Shown piece by piece: positions 7,325-15,456 of a stretch of DNA of 32,000 nt (its first letter is position 1; each line of letters opens with the position of its first letter). A program made the position numbers and the translations under genes. This DNA comes from Candidatus Saccharimonadota bacterium (GTDB lineage Bacteria > Patescibacteriota > Saccharimonadia > Saccharimonadales > Saccharimonadaceae), in NCBI GenBank assembly GCA_016700015.1, contig CP064995.1:660001-692000 (forward strand). Reading direction: 5' to 3'. The notes below the pieces were generated by a model that worked only from the letters and a program-made list of their open reading frames with translations, was not told the origin of the DNA and did not search any database.

Positions 7325-7846
7325 TTACCAAAGCCACGGATTCTTTTTAACTGTCGGTGTTTCTAGCCATTGTTTTGTAAGGCTGAACTTGCGAGGAGCA
7401 AACGCCACGGCCCATAGTACGACTGCATATACGATATGGTCGTCAACGAGCGGATTGTTCTCAAGTGGAAACTCTGCAGCCCACATCATGAGCAACAGCG
7501 CCGTACCGCTCACTGCAGCAACACGTAGGCCAATACCGAGAATGAGTGCCATACCGATGCCGAGTAGACCAAGCATGAACAGCCAGTCAACTAGTACATT
7601 CCCAGCCAGTCCATGGAAAAAGTCAGCAAATGGACTCTTTGCATTGACACCAAAATTCAAAAATCCTGAGGTCGGCGACACGCCATCGAGCCACGACTTT
7701 CCTGGTTTGGTAGCAAACCCTAGGCCCATTGTCTTGTCCAGGAATGCCCACAAAAACACGAAGCCAATCGTGATACGTGCGACAGCGAGTGCCGTCCAGG
7801 CTTTCCCATAATTCACATCTTTTTTTGCTTTAACCATTACGCCCAT
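7325..7846 (-). CDS. DoxX-family integral membrane protein
   Basis: Four hydrophobic segments. IARITIGFVFLWAFLDK...DWLFMLGLLGIGMALILG is typical of DoxX/DoxD. AAGGAGGG abuts the ATG at 7846, so the ATG at 7837 (MVKAKKD) may be the true start. Confidence 0.7.
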   Translation of the reverse strand: MGVMVKAKKDVNYGKAWTALAVARITIGFVFLWAFLDKTMGLGFATKPGKSWLDGVSPTSGFLNFGVNAKSPFADFFHGLAGNVLVDWLFMLGLLGIGMALILGIGLRVAAVSGTALLLMMWAAEFPLENNPLVDDHIVYAVVLWAVAFAPRKFSLTKQWLETPTVKKNPWLW

Positions 7847-7910
7847 CCCTCCTTAGTAAATGGATATGGGCCTATCGTAGCGCATTTGTTTAAAAAAATA
7901 AAGCCTATGC

Positions 7911-8540
7911 TTAAAATAAGTGGCTGCCGTATTTTACAACGATCGCTCCTACAAGGATAGTAACGATACTAAAGAGCAGTACCTTATCGTAACTTTTCTC
8001 CGTCCAGGCGTGTAAAGCCTGCTGCGTACGCCTGGGAAGATAGAGATTATTCTCGCGGATATTAAAGCGTGTAATTGCAAACCATACAAATGTAGTGGTT
8101 GCCGTCACTAGTAGGCACCACGGGCAAAGAGCGCCAATGACAAAATAGCTCATACCAAACAGATAGAATGCGAAGAACAATCCTAGGGTATAGCAAATCT
8201 GCGCAACATACATAAAGAGACGAGGAAACTTTATGCCCGAAAGCCCCGCTATTGCTACCGTAATAACTACTGGTTCAGCAATCAGCCCCAAGAAGCTATT
8301 GGGGAATCCAAATAAGTGTGCCGACGGGTGCAGCCCAACCGTGGCACAGTTCAATACAACATTAATACTACACGATAACACCGCACTGGGGTTGGCCGCT
8401 AGCTCCACAGCCTCAATCGAAAGCACTAATGATGCAATAAGACTACAGACAGCCCCAACCAGCATGCTCGCGAAAATCCAGCGATTATCGCGCAGTTTTT
8501 TGTCTTCGTGGGTAAAATAATGCCTAACCTTGTGTAACAT
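7911..8540 (-). CDS. vitamin K epoxide reductase (VKOR) family membrane protein
   Basis: A loop cysteine pair (LSCSINVVLNCATV) plus CPWC in a transmembrane helix is the VKOR signature. There are 4-5 TM segments. GAGGTGA lies 6 nt upstream of the ATG at 8540. Confidence 0.85.
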   Translation of the reverse strand: MLHKVRHYFTHEDKKLRDNRWIFASMLVGAVCSLIASLVLSIEAVELAANPSAVLSCSINVVLNCATVGLHPSAHLFGFPNSFLGLIAEPVVITVAIAGLSGIKFPRLFMYVAQICYTLGLFFAFYLFGMSYFVIGALCPWCLLVTATTTFVWFAITRFNIRENNLYLPRRTQQALHAWTEKSYDKVLLFSIVTILVGAIVVKYGSHLF

Positions 8541-8790
8541 AGTAACTCACCTCGCTTATCGTTGGAAGTGTCGTGCCTCTCCATATATTCTGCACCTGGC
8601 CATCACTACTCAGTGCAACAATCGATGGATATTCGACAATATCGTACGATTGGCAAAAACTAATTCCTTCGAGTGATTCTGGATCAACCACCTCAAGCGT
8701 ATGACCAGTTTGCCTGGCAAAATCTTCCATAAACATCTGGACTGCTCGGGCATAATCAGTATTATCTTTATACACCACTACTAATCGCAT
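8524..8790 (-). CDS. hypothetical 88-aa protein with a thioredoxin-fold-like pattern but no CXXC
   Basis: Start ATG at 8790, 1 nt after the nrdR stop. MRLVVVYKDNTDYARAVQMFMEDFARQTG..LEVVD....YDIVEYPSIVALSSDGQVQNIWRG follows the b-a-b-a-(cisPro)b-b-a order of thioredoxins. The CXXC position reads DNTDY. The stop overlaps the VKOR start by 17 nt. Confidence 0.5.
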   Translation of the reverse strand: MRLVVVYKDNTDYARAVQMFMEDFARQTGHTLEVVDPESLEGISFCQSYDIVEYPSIVALSSDGQVQNIWRGTTLPTISEVSYYVTQG

Positions 8791-8791
8791 A

Positions 8792-9253
8792 CTAAGCTCT
8801 TTCCTTACTGATTTTCCGCTGTTCAAGTATTTTTACAAAATCATCCAGTGTTTCAAATTTATGAAACACACTCGCAAAGCGTACGTAGGCAACTTCATTT
8901 TTTGCGGCTAGCTCATCGAGCACAAACTCGCCGATCGCCCGTGAGGGTACTTCGTTTTCGCCTAGCTCGTATAGTCTCTCTTCGACATTCGTGATGATGC
9001 CGTCTATTTCGACTTCTGACTTGAAAAACTTACCGACCGAACGACGGATTGCTTGTAGCAGCTTCTCTCGATCGAATAGTTCACGCGACCCGTCCTTTTT
9101 TATGACGGCTAGATTTGGATGCTCAATGCGCTCATAGGTTGTAAAGCGGTGCTTCCCGTCCATCGTCTCGCGACGGCGGCGGATAGTGATTCCATCAGCA
9201 GATTCACGCGACTCAAGCACGCGGCTGTCACCTATTTTGTAGTTTTGTACCAT
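8792..9253 (-). CDS. nrdR: NrdR-family transcriptional repressor (ATP-cone) with a cysteine-less N-terminal ribbon
   Basis: RRRRE..(x)..HRFTTYER, VIKKDGSRELFDREKL, EVPSRAIGEFVLDEL and EVAYVRFASVF all match NrdR. The four Zn-ligand Cys positions read Q, K, T and G. Confidence 0.85.
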   Translation of the reverse strand: MVQNYKIGDSRVLESRESADGITIRRRRETMDGKHRFTTYERIEHPNLAVIKKDGSRELFDREKLLQAIRRSVGKFFKSEVEIDGIITNVEERLYELGENEVPSRAIGEFVLDELAAKNEVAYVRFASVFHKFETLDDFVKILEQRKISKERA

Positions 9254-9270
9254 GGCGTATCTTACCCCTT

Positions 9271-10461
9271 CTAGGATTCGTCAGACTGCTTGTTCTTCTT
9301 GCGACGACGTAAGAAAGCTGGCGTATCGTCATCGTCTTCGTCACCTGGCTGTGTCCAAATATTGCTTGCCGGCTCCTCAGCAAAACTAGCAGCGGCATCT
9401 TTATTCGCCAGCTCCATATCGATTGAGTCAACTGCCTTGTCGATACTCTCATTTTTTTGAGTATCAGCTTTTTGCTCCAGATCAGCGACCTGCTGATGGA
9501 AGTAGGCACTATCAAATCCGGTAGCAATAACCGTGATGATTAATTCATCTTCAAGTTCGGGCTTCAGTGTAGCACCAAAGATAATATTAGCATCAGGACT
9601 CACTGCACTGGTGATAATCTCGGCAGCCTCTTGGATTTCACTCATACTCATGTCATAGCCACCCGTAACATTGAATAGAACACCTTTGGCGCCATCGATT
9701 GATACCTCGATAAGTGGACTCTCAATAGCTTGCTGAGCAGCCTGCGCAGCCCTGTCGTCACCGCTTGCACGACCGATGCCCATGAGGGCACTACCGGCGT
9801 TACTCATGATCGCTTTCACATCAGCAAAGTCGAGGTTAATCAGTCCATGCTCAGTAATAAGCTCCGAGATACCCTGCACACCCTGTCGCAGCACATCGTC
9901 GGCAATCTTAAAGGTTTCAAGCAGCGGCGTACGACGGTCAATTGTCTGGAGAAGTCGATCATTCGGAATGGTAATGAGAGTATCTACTTGTTTGCCTAGC
10001 TGTGCGATCGCCCATTCTGCATTGGTACGACGTTTTTCTCCTTCAAAACTGAATGGTTTTGTGGCAACACCAACAACCAAAATCCCTAGCTCACGCGCTT
10101 GTTCTGCCACCACGTGACCAGCACCGCTGCCAGTTCCGCCACCGGCACCAATCGTCACAAATACCATGTCGGCACCCGAAAGTGCATCACGGATTTCGTC
10201 TATCGATTCCCTCGCGGCGGCTTCACCAACTGATGGGTCAGCACCGGCACCCAGTCCATTGGTCGTGTTATGACCAAGATGGATCTTAACATCCGCTTTG
10301 CTGTTATGGAGCGCCTGGGCATCAGTGTTCATAGCTATGAACTGCACCCCAACCAGACCTGCGTCTTTCATACGGTTAACGGCAGAGCCGCCAGCGCCAC
10401 CCACACCAACTACTTTGATGCTGGCAAACGTCTGTATTTCACTTGGTTTAACTTCAGGCAT
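9271..10461 (-). CDS. ftsZ: cell division GTPase FtsZ
   Basis: GVGGAGGSAVNRM, the tubulin signature GGGTGSGA, NTDAQAL, and the C-terminal peptide DDTPAFLRRR. Confidence 0.97.
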   Translation of the reverse strand: MPEVKPSEIQTFASIKVVGVGGAGGSAVNRMKDAGLVGVQFIAMNTDAQALHNSKADVKIHLGHNTTNGLGAGADPSVGEAAARESIDEIRDALSGADMVFVTIGAGGGTGSGAGHVVAEQARELGILVVGVATKPFSFEGEKRRTNAEWAIAQLGKQVDTLITIPNDRLLQTIDRRTPLLETFKIADDVLRQGVQGISELITEHGLINLDFADVKAIMSNAGSALMGIGRASGDDRAAQAAQQAIESPLIEVSIDGAKGVLFNVTGGYDMSMSEIQEAAEIITSAVSPDANIIFGATLKPELEDELIITVIATGFDSAYFHQQVADLEQKADTQKNESIDKAVDSIDMELANKDAAASFAEEPASNIWTQPGDEDDDDTPAFLRRRKKNKQSDES

Positions 10462-10538
10462 TTATCCTACTCCCCATGTGCATATCGAATAATTATCTTG
10501 TTCTAGTATACAGGATTTGTTCGGGAATACCTAGTAGT

Positions 10539-11780
10539 CTATACTTTAAATTTTCCTAAAATTCCAGATAACAAACCGCCAGCGCTTTTCATGACTGACT
10601 TTCCGTTGCTACGCTGTTTTGGTTCACTGCGTGGTGTGCGGCTATCATCGGCATTTATAAGCATTAAACCAACAGCTGCAGCAAATTGCGGTTCGTCAAT
10701 ATGGTCGGCCACACCAGCATAGCCGGCCGGTTTGCCGACGCGCACAGCGAGCCCTAGCTGATCCTTTGCAAACTCGGCGACTGCGCGCAACTTCGCCGTA
10801 CCACCCGTAAGTACGACACCACTTGGCAGTTGACCAGCTCGCCCCGCTTTTTTCAGTTCATGATTTACAGCCTCAAAAATCTCTTCCAAACGCGCGCCAA
10901 TGATTTCGTCGATGTCACTTGTCTGGAATGAATATATTTCGCCGTCTTGTTTTATGCTGACGCCTTCATTGTCTTTGCGAGGTACGGCCGAACCATGCAA
11001 AATTTTGACCTGTTCGGCAATTGCCGGATCGGTCTTTAATCCTATGGCAAGATCGTTGGTAATATTTGCGCCACCTACCGGAACCACACCGACATACTGT
11101 AAGTCACCTTCTTCAAATACCGCCACACCTGTCGTCGCACCACCTATATCAACAACCGCCACACCACTTTCGATCTGACTTTCCACCAGTACCGCTTTGG
11201 CAGCAGCCATAACGGCCGGTACACAGGCGTGACTGGTTACCGTCGCCATTTCGGCAGTTTTTTGTAGGTTAGCAACATATGGTCCCATAGCTGAAACCAC
11301 GTTCGCACTAATTTCGAGACGCGTTCCACTCATACCGATCGGGTCTTTTATGCCGCCTTGACCGTCAAGCGTATAACTAAACGGTACAACCTCTAGGATC
11401 TCACGATTTGGCGGTACTTTACCAGTGGTAGCAACCTCTTCGAGCCGTGCCAAGTCATCATCTGTTACTTCGTGGTCGGCCATTCCAACCGCTATCATAC
11501 CGTCAGACTTTGTGCTCACAATATGATTGCCGTTTATACTAAGCGTCGCCGCATTGACCTCATAACCGCTCATTCGCTCAGCCTCACCAAGTGCTTCATC
11601 AATCGCCTGAGCGGGGCCATTAAGATTGACGACAGTACCTTTGCGCATACCTGTATTAGCTGCTTCGCCGACTCCAACAATAGTGGGAGTGCCGGTCGTC
11701 GGATCAATATGACCTATTACTGCGCGGACAGTAGTGGTGCCGATATCAATGCCAACTGCGTACCTAGATTGTTCCTGCAT
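10539..11780 (-). CDS. ftsA: cell division protein FtsA
   Basis: Actin-fold motifs VGIDIGTTTVRAV, VVDIGGATTGVAVF and VVLTGGTAKL; the gene lies directly upstream of ftsZ. ATG at 11780 (MQEQSRY). An extended -10 TGgTATAAT at 11798..11790 lies 9 nt upstream. Confidence 0.93.
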   Translation of the reverse strand: MQEQSRYAVGIDIGTTTVRAVIGHIDPTTGTPTIVGVGEAANTGMRKGTVVNLNGPAQAIDEALGEAERMSGYEVNAATLSINGNHIVSTKSDGMIAVGMADHEVTDDDLARLEEVATTGKVPPNREILEVVPFSYTLDGQGGIKDPIGMSGTRLEISANVVSAMGPYVANLQKTAEMATVTSHACVPAVMAAAKAVLVESQIESGVAVVDIGGATTGVAVFEEGDLQYVGVVPVGGANITNDLAIGLKTDPAIAEQVKILHGSAVPRKDNEGVSIKQDGEIYSFQTSDIDEIIGARLEEIFEAVNHELKKAGRAGQLPSGVVLTGGTAKLRAVAEFAKDQLGLAVRVGKPAGYAGVADHIDEPQFAAAVGLMLINADDSRTPRSEPKQRSNGKSVMKSAGGLLSGILGKFKV

Positions 11781-11813
11781 ATGCAAAGTATTATACCATA
11801 ACCACTACTGCTA

Positions 11814-12173
11814 CTAGCGTAGCCACGTACTATCACGCTGAAGACGGCTGTATTCTTCCATCGTCAGACTTCTAAATGGCTCACTTCTTACAAGCCCTTG
11901 TACCAACTCTGCTAACTCGCAAGCTCTCATCAGGCTGATATGGAGATTCCGTGCTACCTCGGGGTCAAATTCTCCTCCTTGGTTTTCGAGTAGTTTACGC
12001 ATATCGACTGGCTCGCAAACACGTATCGGGTACTCAATATCTGCAATTACTTCTCGAGCTGCGTCGGGCAGAGCAACATCTTGGGTAATGGCCAGTAGCG
12101 AAAGTGGATCATCCGGGCCCACAATTGCAAATAGACGCTCCTGCTGCTCCTGCGTCCATAGTACCTCGCGCAC
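11814..12173 (-). CDS. hypothetical protein (119 aa)
   Basis: Intact ORF packed between map and ftsA on the same strand. No motif recognised and no TM segment, so it is not FtsQ-like. Confidence 0.5.
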   Translation of the reverse strand: MREVLWTQEQQERLFAIVGPDDPLSLLAITQDVALPDAAREVIADIEYPIRVCEPVDMRKLLENQGGEFDPEVARNLHISLMRACELAELVQGLVRSEPFRSLTMEEYSRLQRDSTWLR

Positions 12174-12178
12174 TCCGA

Positions 12179-12940
12179 CTACCGCGTCAAAATCTCCGCA
12201 CCCTTATCTGTTATCAAGACGGTATGTTCAAAGTGAGCACTCAGACTACCGTCACGCGTGGCAAACGTCCAGCCGTCCTCTTGCTCCACAATGTTTTCGC
12301 CCCCGAGTGTCGCCATCGGTTCGATTGCAATTGTCTCACCTGGACGTAACAATACACCGGTACCTTTTTTCCCATAGTTAGGTATGTCGGGTGGCATGTG
12401 CATTCTTAACCCTACTCCATGCCCGACTAGCTCGCGAACAATACCCAGCTTTGCTCCGCTCAGCACCTTTTCAATCGCAGCACCAATATCACCGCTATAC
12501 ACCGGACCTTTAATAGCATCGATCCCCGCGTACAAACTACGCTCTGTGGCTTGCAACAAATGCTTGACCGCACCGGTCGGCAACGCATCAACCACCATCG
12601 TAAATGCTGCGTCAACTTTCATGCCTTGGTAGGTGATAACGAGATCAAACCCCACAACGTCGCCCTTCTCAAACGGTTCATCGGTCGGTACGCCATGAAC
12701 GATCGCATCATTACTGCTAATACAGATTACACCTGGGAATCTTACTTCGTCAGTCCTATAGGTTGCCTCTGCGCCGTAATCTTCTATTTTTTGCGCGACA
12801 AATGCATCAACATCTTTGCCAGTTTTTCCCGCGCCTACATACGCCCGGAGCTCAGCAAATATGCGAGCGAGAATTTTTCCGCCCTCACGCATCGCCTGAA
12901 TCTGCTCAGGTGTTTTATGGCCTGTGATTAAAGCTGGCAT
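12179..12940 (-). CDS. map: methionine aminopeptidase, type I
   Basis: Metal-ligand blocks: DVVGFDLVITYQGMKVDAAFT, LVGHGVG, IAIEPM, and HFEHTVLIT near the C-terminus. Confidence 0.93.
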   Translation of the reverse strand: MPALITGHKTPEQIQAMREGGKILARIFAELRAYVGAGKTGKDVDAFVAQKIEDYGAEATYRTDEVRFPGVICISSNDAIVHGVPTDEPFEKGDVVGFDLVITYQGMKVDAAFTMVVDALPTGAVKHLLQATERSLYAGIDAIKGPVYSGDIGAAIEKVLSGAKLGIVRELVGHGVGLRMHMPPDIPNYGKKGTGVLLRPGETIAIEPMATLGGENIVEQEDGWTFATRDGSLSAHFEHTVLITDKGAEILTR

Positions 12941-13479
12941 GCCTCCACCACTTCAGCATAAATACGATCATGAATTTCACCGCCAGTACCGGTGCCATCA
13001 AGGTGCACAATGCGCACCCCCGCCTCGGCAAAAATTCCTAGCACCGGGTACATCTTTTGTCGATAAATCGCCATGCGTTTAGCGATTGTTTCCGGAGTAT
13101 CTTCCATACGCTTGCGCTTTTCAAGTCGCGTCATAATCTCGCCCTCTGGCACTTCAAGCACAATCACAGTGTCAATTTTCTCATCAGTTTGCGCCATATA
13201 ACCATCTAGCCATGCCGCCTGTTCCTTGGTGCGCGGAAAACCATCGATAATGATGTTTGGGTACTTTTTATCCCGCGCTTCTTTCACGGCGTCGGCAAAT
13301 ACCTGGTAGGTTAGCTCATCACCTACAAGTTCGCCTGATTGCAGAGTAGCAATCACTGCCGGATCACTACTCTGACGGAGCATCTCGCCAGTACTTAGCC
13401 ATTTCCAGCCCATCCGCACCGCCAGCATTTGGCCCTGCATACTCTTTCCTGCACCGGTTGGTCCAAATAGCAAAATCAT
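12928..13479 (-). CDS. adk: adenylate kinase, short form without a zinc lid
   Basis: P-loop ILLFGPTGAGKSMQG, then LSTGEMLR and IIDGFPRT. 183 aa. Overlaps the map start by 13 nt. Confidence 0.88.
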   Translation of the reverse strand: MILLFGPTGAGKSMQGQMLAVRMGWKWLSTGEMLRQSSDPAVIATLQSGELVGDELTYQVFADAVKEARDKKYPNIIIDGFPRTKEQAAWLDGYMAQTDEKIDTVIVLEVPEGEIMTRLEKRKRMEDTPETIAKRMAIYRQKMYPVLGIFAEAGVRIVHLDGTGTGGEIHDRIYAEVVEACQL

Positions 13480-13502
13480 CGTGTCGTCCCCTCGCTTTTT
13501 GG

Positions 13503-13958
13503 CTATTTTACTAATTCTTCTTTAACAATACGCGCAACCGTTGCGCCATCAGCTGCATTTCCCAGCTGCTGCTTGACGGCGCCAATCACTTGGCCCATCG
13601 CCGCCATGCCACTGACACCAAGTTCTTCAAGCTTCTTTACTACTGCTGTGCGGATTTCTCCGTCGCTTAGCTGCTGTGGTAAATACTGTTTTAGTACTTC
13701 AGCTTCTTTTTCTTCAGGCTCGGCAAGCTCTGGTCGATTGTTCTCGCGGTAGAGTCTGGCGCTTTCGTCGCGTTTTTTGACTTCACGCGCAATCACTTTT
13801 TCAATTTCTTCGTCGCCAAGCCCGGTATCTCGCTTGTTTTGCGCCACTTCTTCGCTCAAAATCGCTGCCTTTAGGTTGCGCAATGTTTCACCGACAAAAC
13901 GATCGCCGCCTAGCAAGGCGGCTTTCATTTCATCTGCAATTCGCTCCTTGAGAGCCAC
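13503..13958 (-). CDS. GatB/YqeY domain protein
   Basis: 151 aa. LKERIADEMKAALLGGD...LRNLKAAI...EIEKVIAREVKKR..S...Y....RPELAE.E..E..VL..YLP..LS..E is the typical YqeY pattern. The position next to rpsU is common. Confidence 0.85.
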   Translation of the reverse strand: MALKERIADEMKAALLGGDRFVGETLRNLKAAILSEEVAQNKRDTGLGDEEIEKVIAREVKKRDESARLYRENNRPELAEPEEKEAEVLKQYLPQQLSDGEIRTAVVKKLEELGVSGMAAMGQVIGAVKQQLGNAADGATVARIVKEELVK

Positions 13959-13961
13959 CGT

Positions 13962-14177
13962 TTAGCGGATCCCTAGGCGCATCTTGGCCAATTTATCGTT
14001 TTTGCGCTCTTTGCGAATAATCGCTTTGGCGCGACGCTCAGGCTTACTAAGTGGTTTGGCAAATCGCATCGAAGCTTTGGCTTCAGCGAGCACACCACTC
14101 TGCAGCACCTTGCGGTTGAAACGACGAATGATGTTTTCGTTCGCTTCGCGTTCATCTTTACGGGTTACTTGTACCAT
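13962..14177 (-). CDS. rpsU: 30S ribosomal protein S21
   Basis: MVQVTRKDEREANENIIRRFNRKVLQSGVLAEAKASMRFAKPLSKPERRAKA... is basic and 71 aa. Start ATG at 14177, with the extended -10 TGtTACAAT (14195..14187) 9 nt upstream. Confidence 0.9.
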   Translation of the reverse strand: MVQVTRKDEREANENIIRRFNRKVLQSGVLAEAKASMRFAKPLSKPERRAKAIIRKERKNDKLAKMRLGIR

Positions 14178-14247
14178 ATCGCTCGTATTGTAACAGATTG
14201 TGTGTATCTGTGCAACACTATCCATCATTTCAGAAGCACGAGCGCTA

Positions 14248-14275
14248 TTGACATTTTGGCCAAAGTGTGCATAAT
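14248..14275 (+). promoter_or_regulatory. sigma70-like promoter; start codon 7 nt downstream of the -10 (leaderless candidate)
   Basis: TTGACA (14248..14253), a 16-nt spacer, then CATAAT (14270..14275). The ATG is at 14283 and no SD lies in between. Confidence 0.5.
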
Positions 14276-14282
14276 AATAAGC

Positions 14283-14954
14283 ATGAGTAAAATAAAAATT
14301 TCATCAGAAGAACTACGTAATATTGCCGCCCGCCAGCAAAATAAGCGTGACTTCGCACCAAAACCAAACACAGATTCGGCCCGCCGCGGTCTCGCCGCAG
14401 TTGCAGCTAGTCTTACAAGCAAAGAAGGACCTGCTGCCCTGCTTGAAGCACCCGCCGAAGAAGCACTTCTTCCTGCTACAGCTAGCTCAGTTGCAGACTT
14501 TGTTGTGCCTAAACCGACCTCACAGCGCCTTGCACCCAGTGTGGAAAAAGCCTATGTCCCCACCCCTGAAGAAATTACCGCCAAAGATAAAGCAGCTGCT
14601 GAAGCTGCTCGCCGAGCCGAGCTAGATACTCTCATTGCAGAGCAGGCAGCCGAAATGGCTCGTGAAGCTGAAGCGGCCAACCGTGCGACACATCCTGACA
14701 ACTACGATACGCCAAAGGATGAGTATTTGCAGTCACTCGAGCCTACCGATGGTGATGCTCTTCGCGAAGAACGCAATGCCTACGATCGCTTCCGCCGTGA
14801 TACTGCTCATATACGTGACTACGAAGGACATGTGCCCTTCGATAGCAATGACTATGGTGCAAGCCAAGATGACGCGGGTCCAGACGATCCACTTGAGGGC
14901 ATGCAGATAGAGAGACCATACGTCCCGGTTGCAGACCGAAAATCTCACAAGTAA
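14283..14954 (+). CDS. hypothetical acidic, Ala/Glu/Pro-rich, probably disordered protein (223 aa)
   Basis: This is the longest frame, bracketed by a good promoter (14248..14275) and an intrinsic terminator (14974..15003). No domain recognised. The ORF-track start at 14169 would lie upstream of the promoter. Confidence 0.55.
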   Translation: MSKIKISSEELRNIAARQQNKRDFAPKPNTDSARRGLAAVAASLTSKEGPAALLEAPAEEALLPATASSVADFVVPKPTSQRLAPSVEKAYVPTPEEITAKDKAAAEAARRAELDTLIAEQAAEMAREAEAANRATHPDNYDTPKDEYLQSLEPTDGDALREERNAYDRFRRDTAHIRDYEGHVPFDSNDYGASQDDAGPDDPLEGMQIERPYVPVADRKSHK

Positions 14955-14973
14955 TTCTGCCAAAAATAAATAG

Positions 14974-15003
14974 ACCCGCACCTCTCATGGTGCGGGCTTT
15001 TGG
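14974..15003. terminator. bidirectional intrinsic terminator between convergent genes
   Basis: CCCGCACC-TCTCAT-GGTGCGGG (8 bp, GC-rich). It is followed by CTTTTGGG on plus and by TCTATTTATTTTTGG on minus. Confidence 0.75.
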
Positions 15004-15023
15004 GTGACTGCATATCTAGGGCG

Positions 15024-15386
15024 TCACTCTACGATGACGAACGACATGTACACATGAAAGTCGATATCCACGCTGCTCGTATCGGTATGGACTACCACGC
15101 GACAAACTCCTCGTTCGGCTGTCAGCAGCCCCACCACATTCGCATCACAGCCATCGTGCACGGCAGCCGACAGGTAGTTGCCCGTAAAGCTATAGCCACT
15201 ATCGGCTTCATATGTGTCGCGCAGGTTATGTAGCTCAATGGTTGCGTATGACTCTACACAGTCGCAGTAACAAGCTATGCCAAGTGCGACAGCTGCTCCC
15301 GTATCGACTGCGGCTTGCACTTGTTCGAAGCTTGGAACTTCGCGCACCTGCGCCAGCACATGGTGTCCAGCCACCTGCATTCCCAC
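15024..15386 (-). CDS. hypothetical Cys-rich protein (120 aa, CYCDC motif)
   Basis: AAGGGAG lies 7 nt upstream of the GTG at 15386 (an ATG follows at 15380). Six Cys, including GIACYCDCVESY, HDGCDAN and RGVCRVV. No family recognised. Confidence 0.5.
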   Translation of the reverse strand: MGMQVAGHHVLAQVREVPSFEQVQAAVDTGAAVALGIACYCDCVESYATIELHNLRDTYEADSGYSFTGNYLSAAVHDGCDANVVGLLTAERGVCRVVVHTDTSSVDIDFHVYMSFVIVE

Positions 15387-15456
15387 GCATTTACTCCCTT
15401 GTTGTCGATGTGCAGTAGTTGGTGATTATACGAATACCTTGCCAGGATATGCAAGC

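Noticed and set aside
7284-7811. 175-aa plus-strand ORF
   Set aside because: It is antisense to the DoxX gene, which has coherent TM segments and an SD. The antisense product is a Ser/Ala/Thr-rich shadow.
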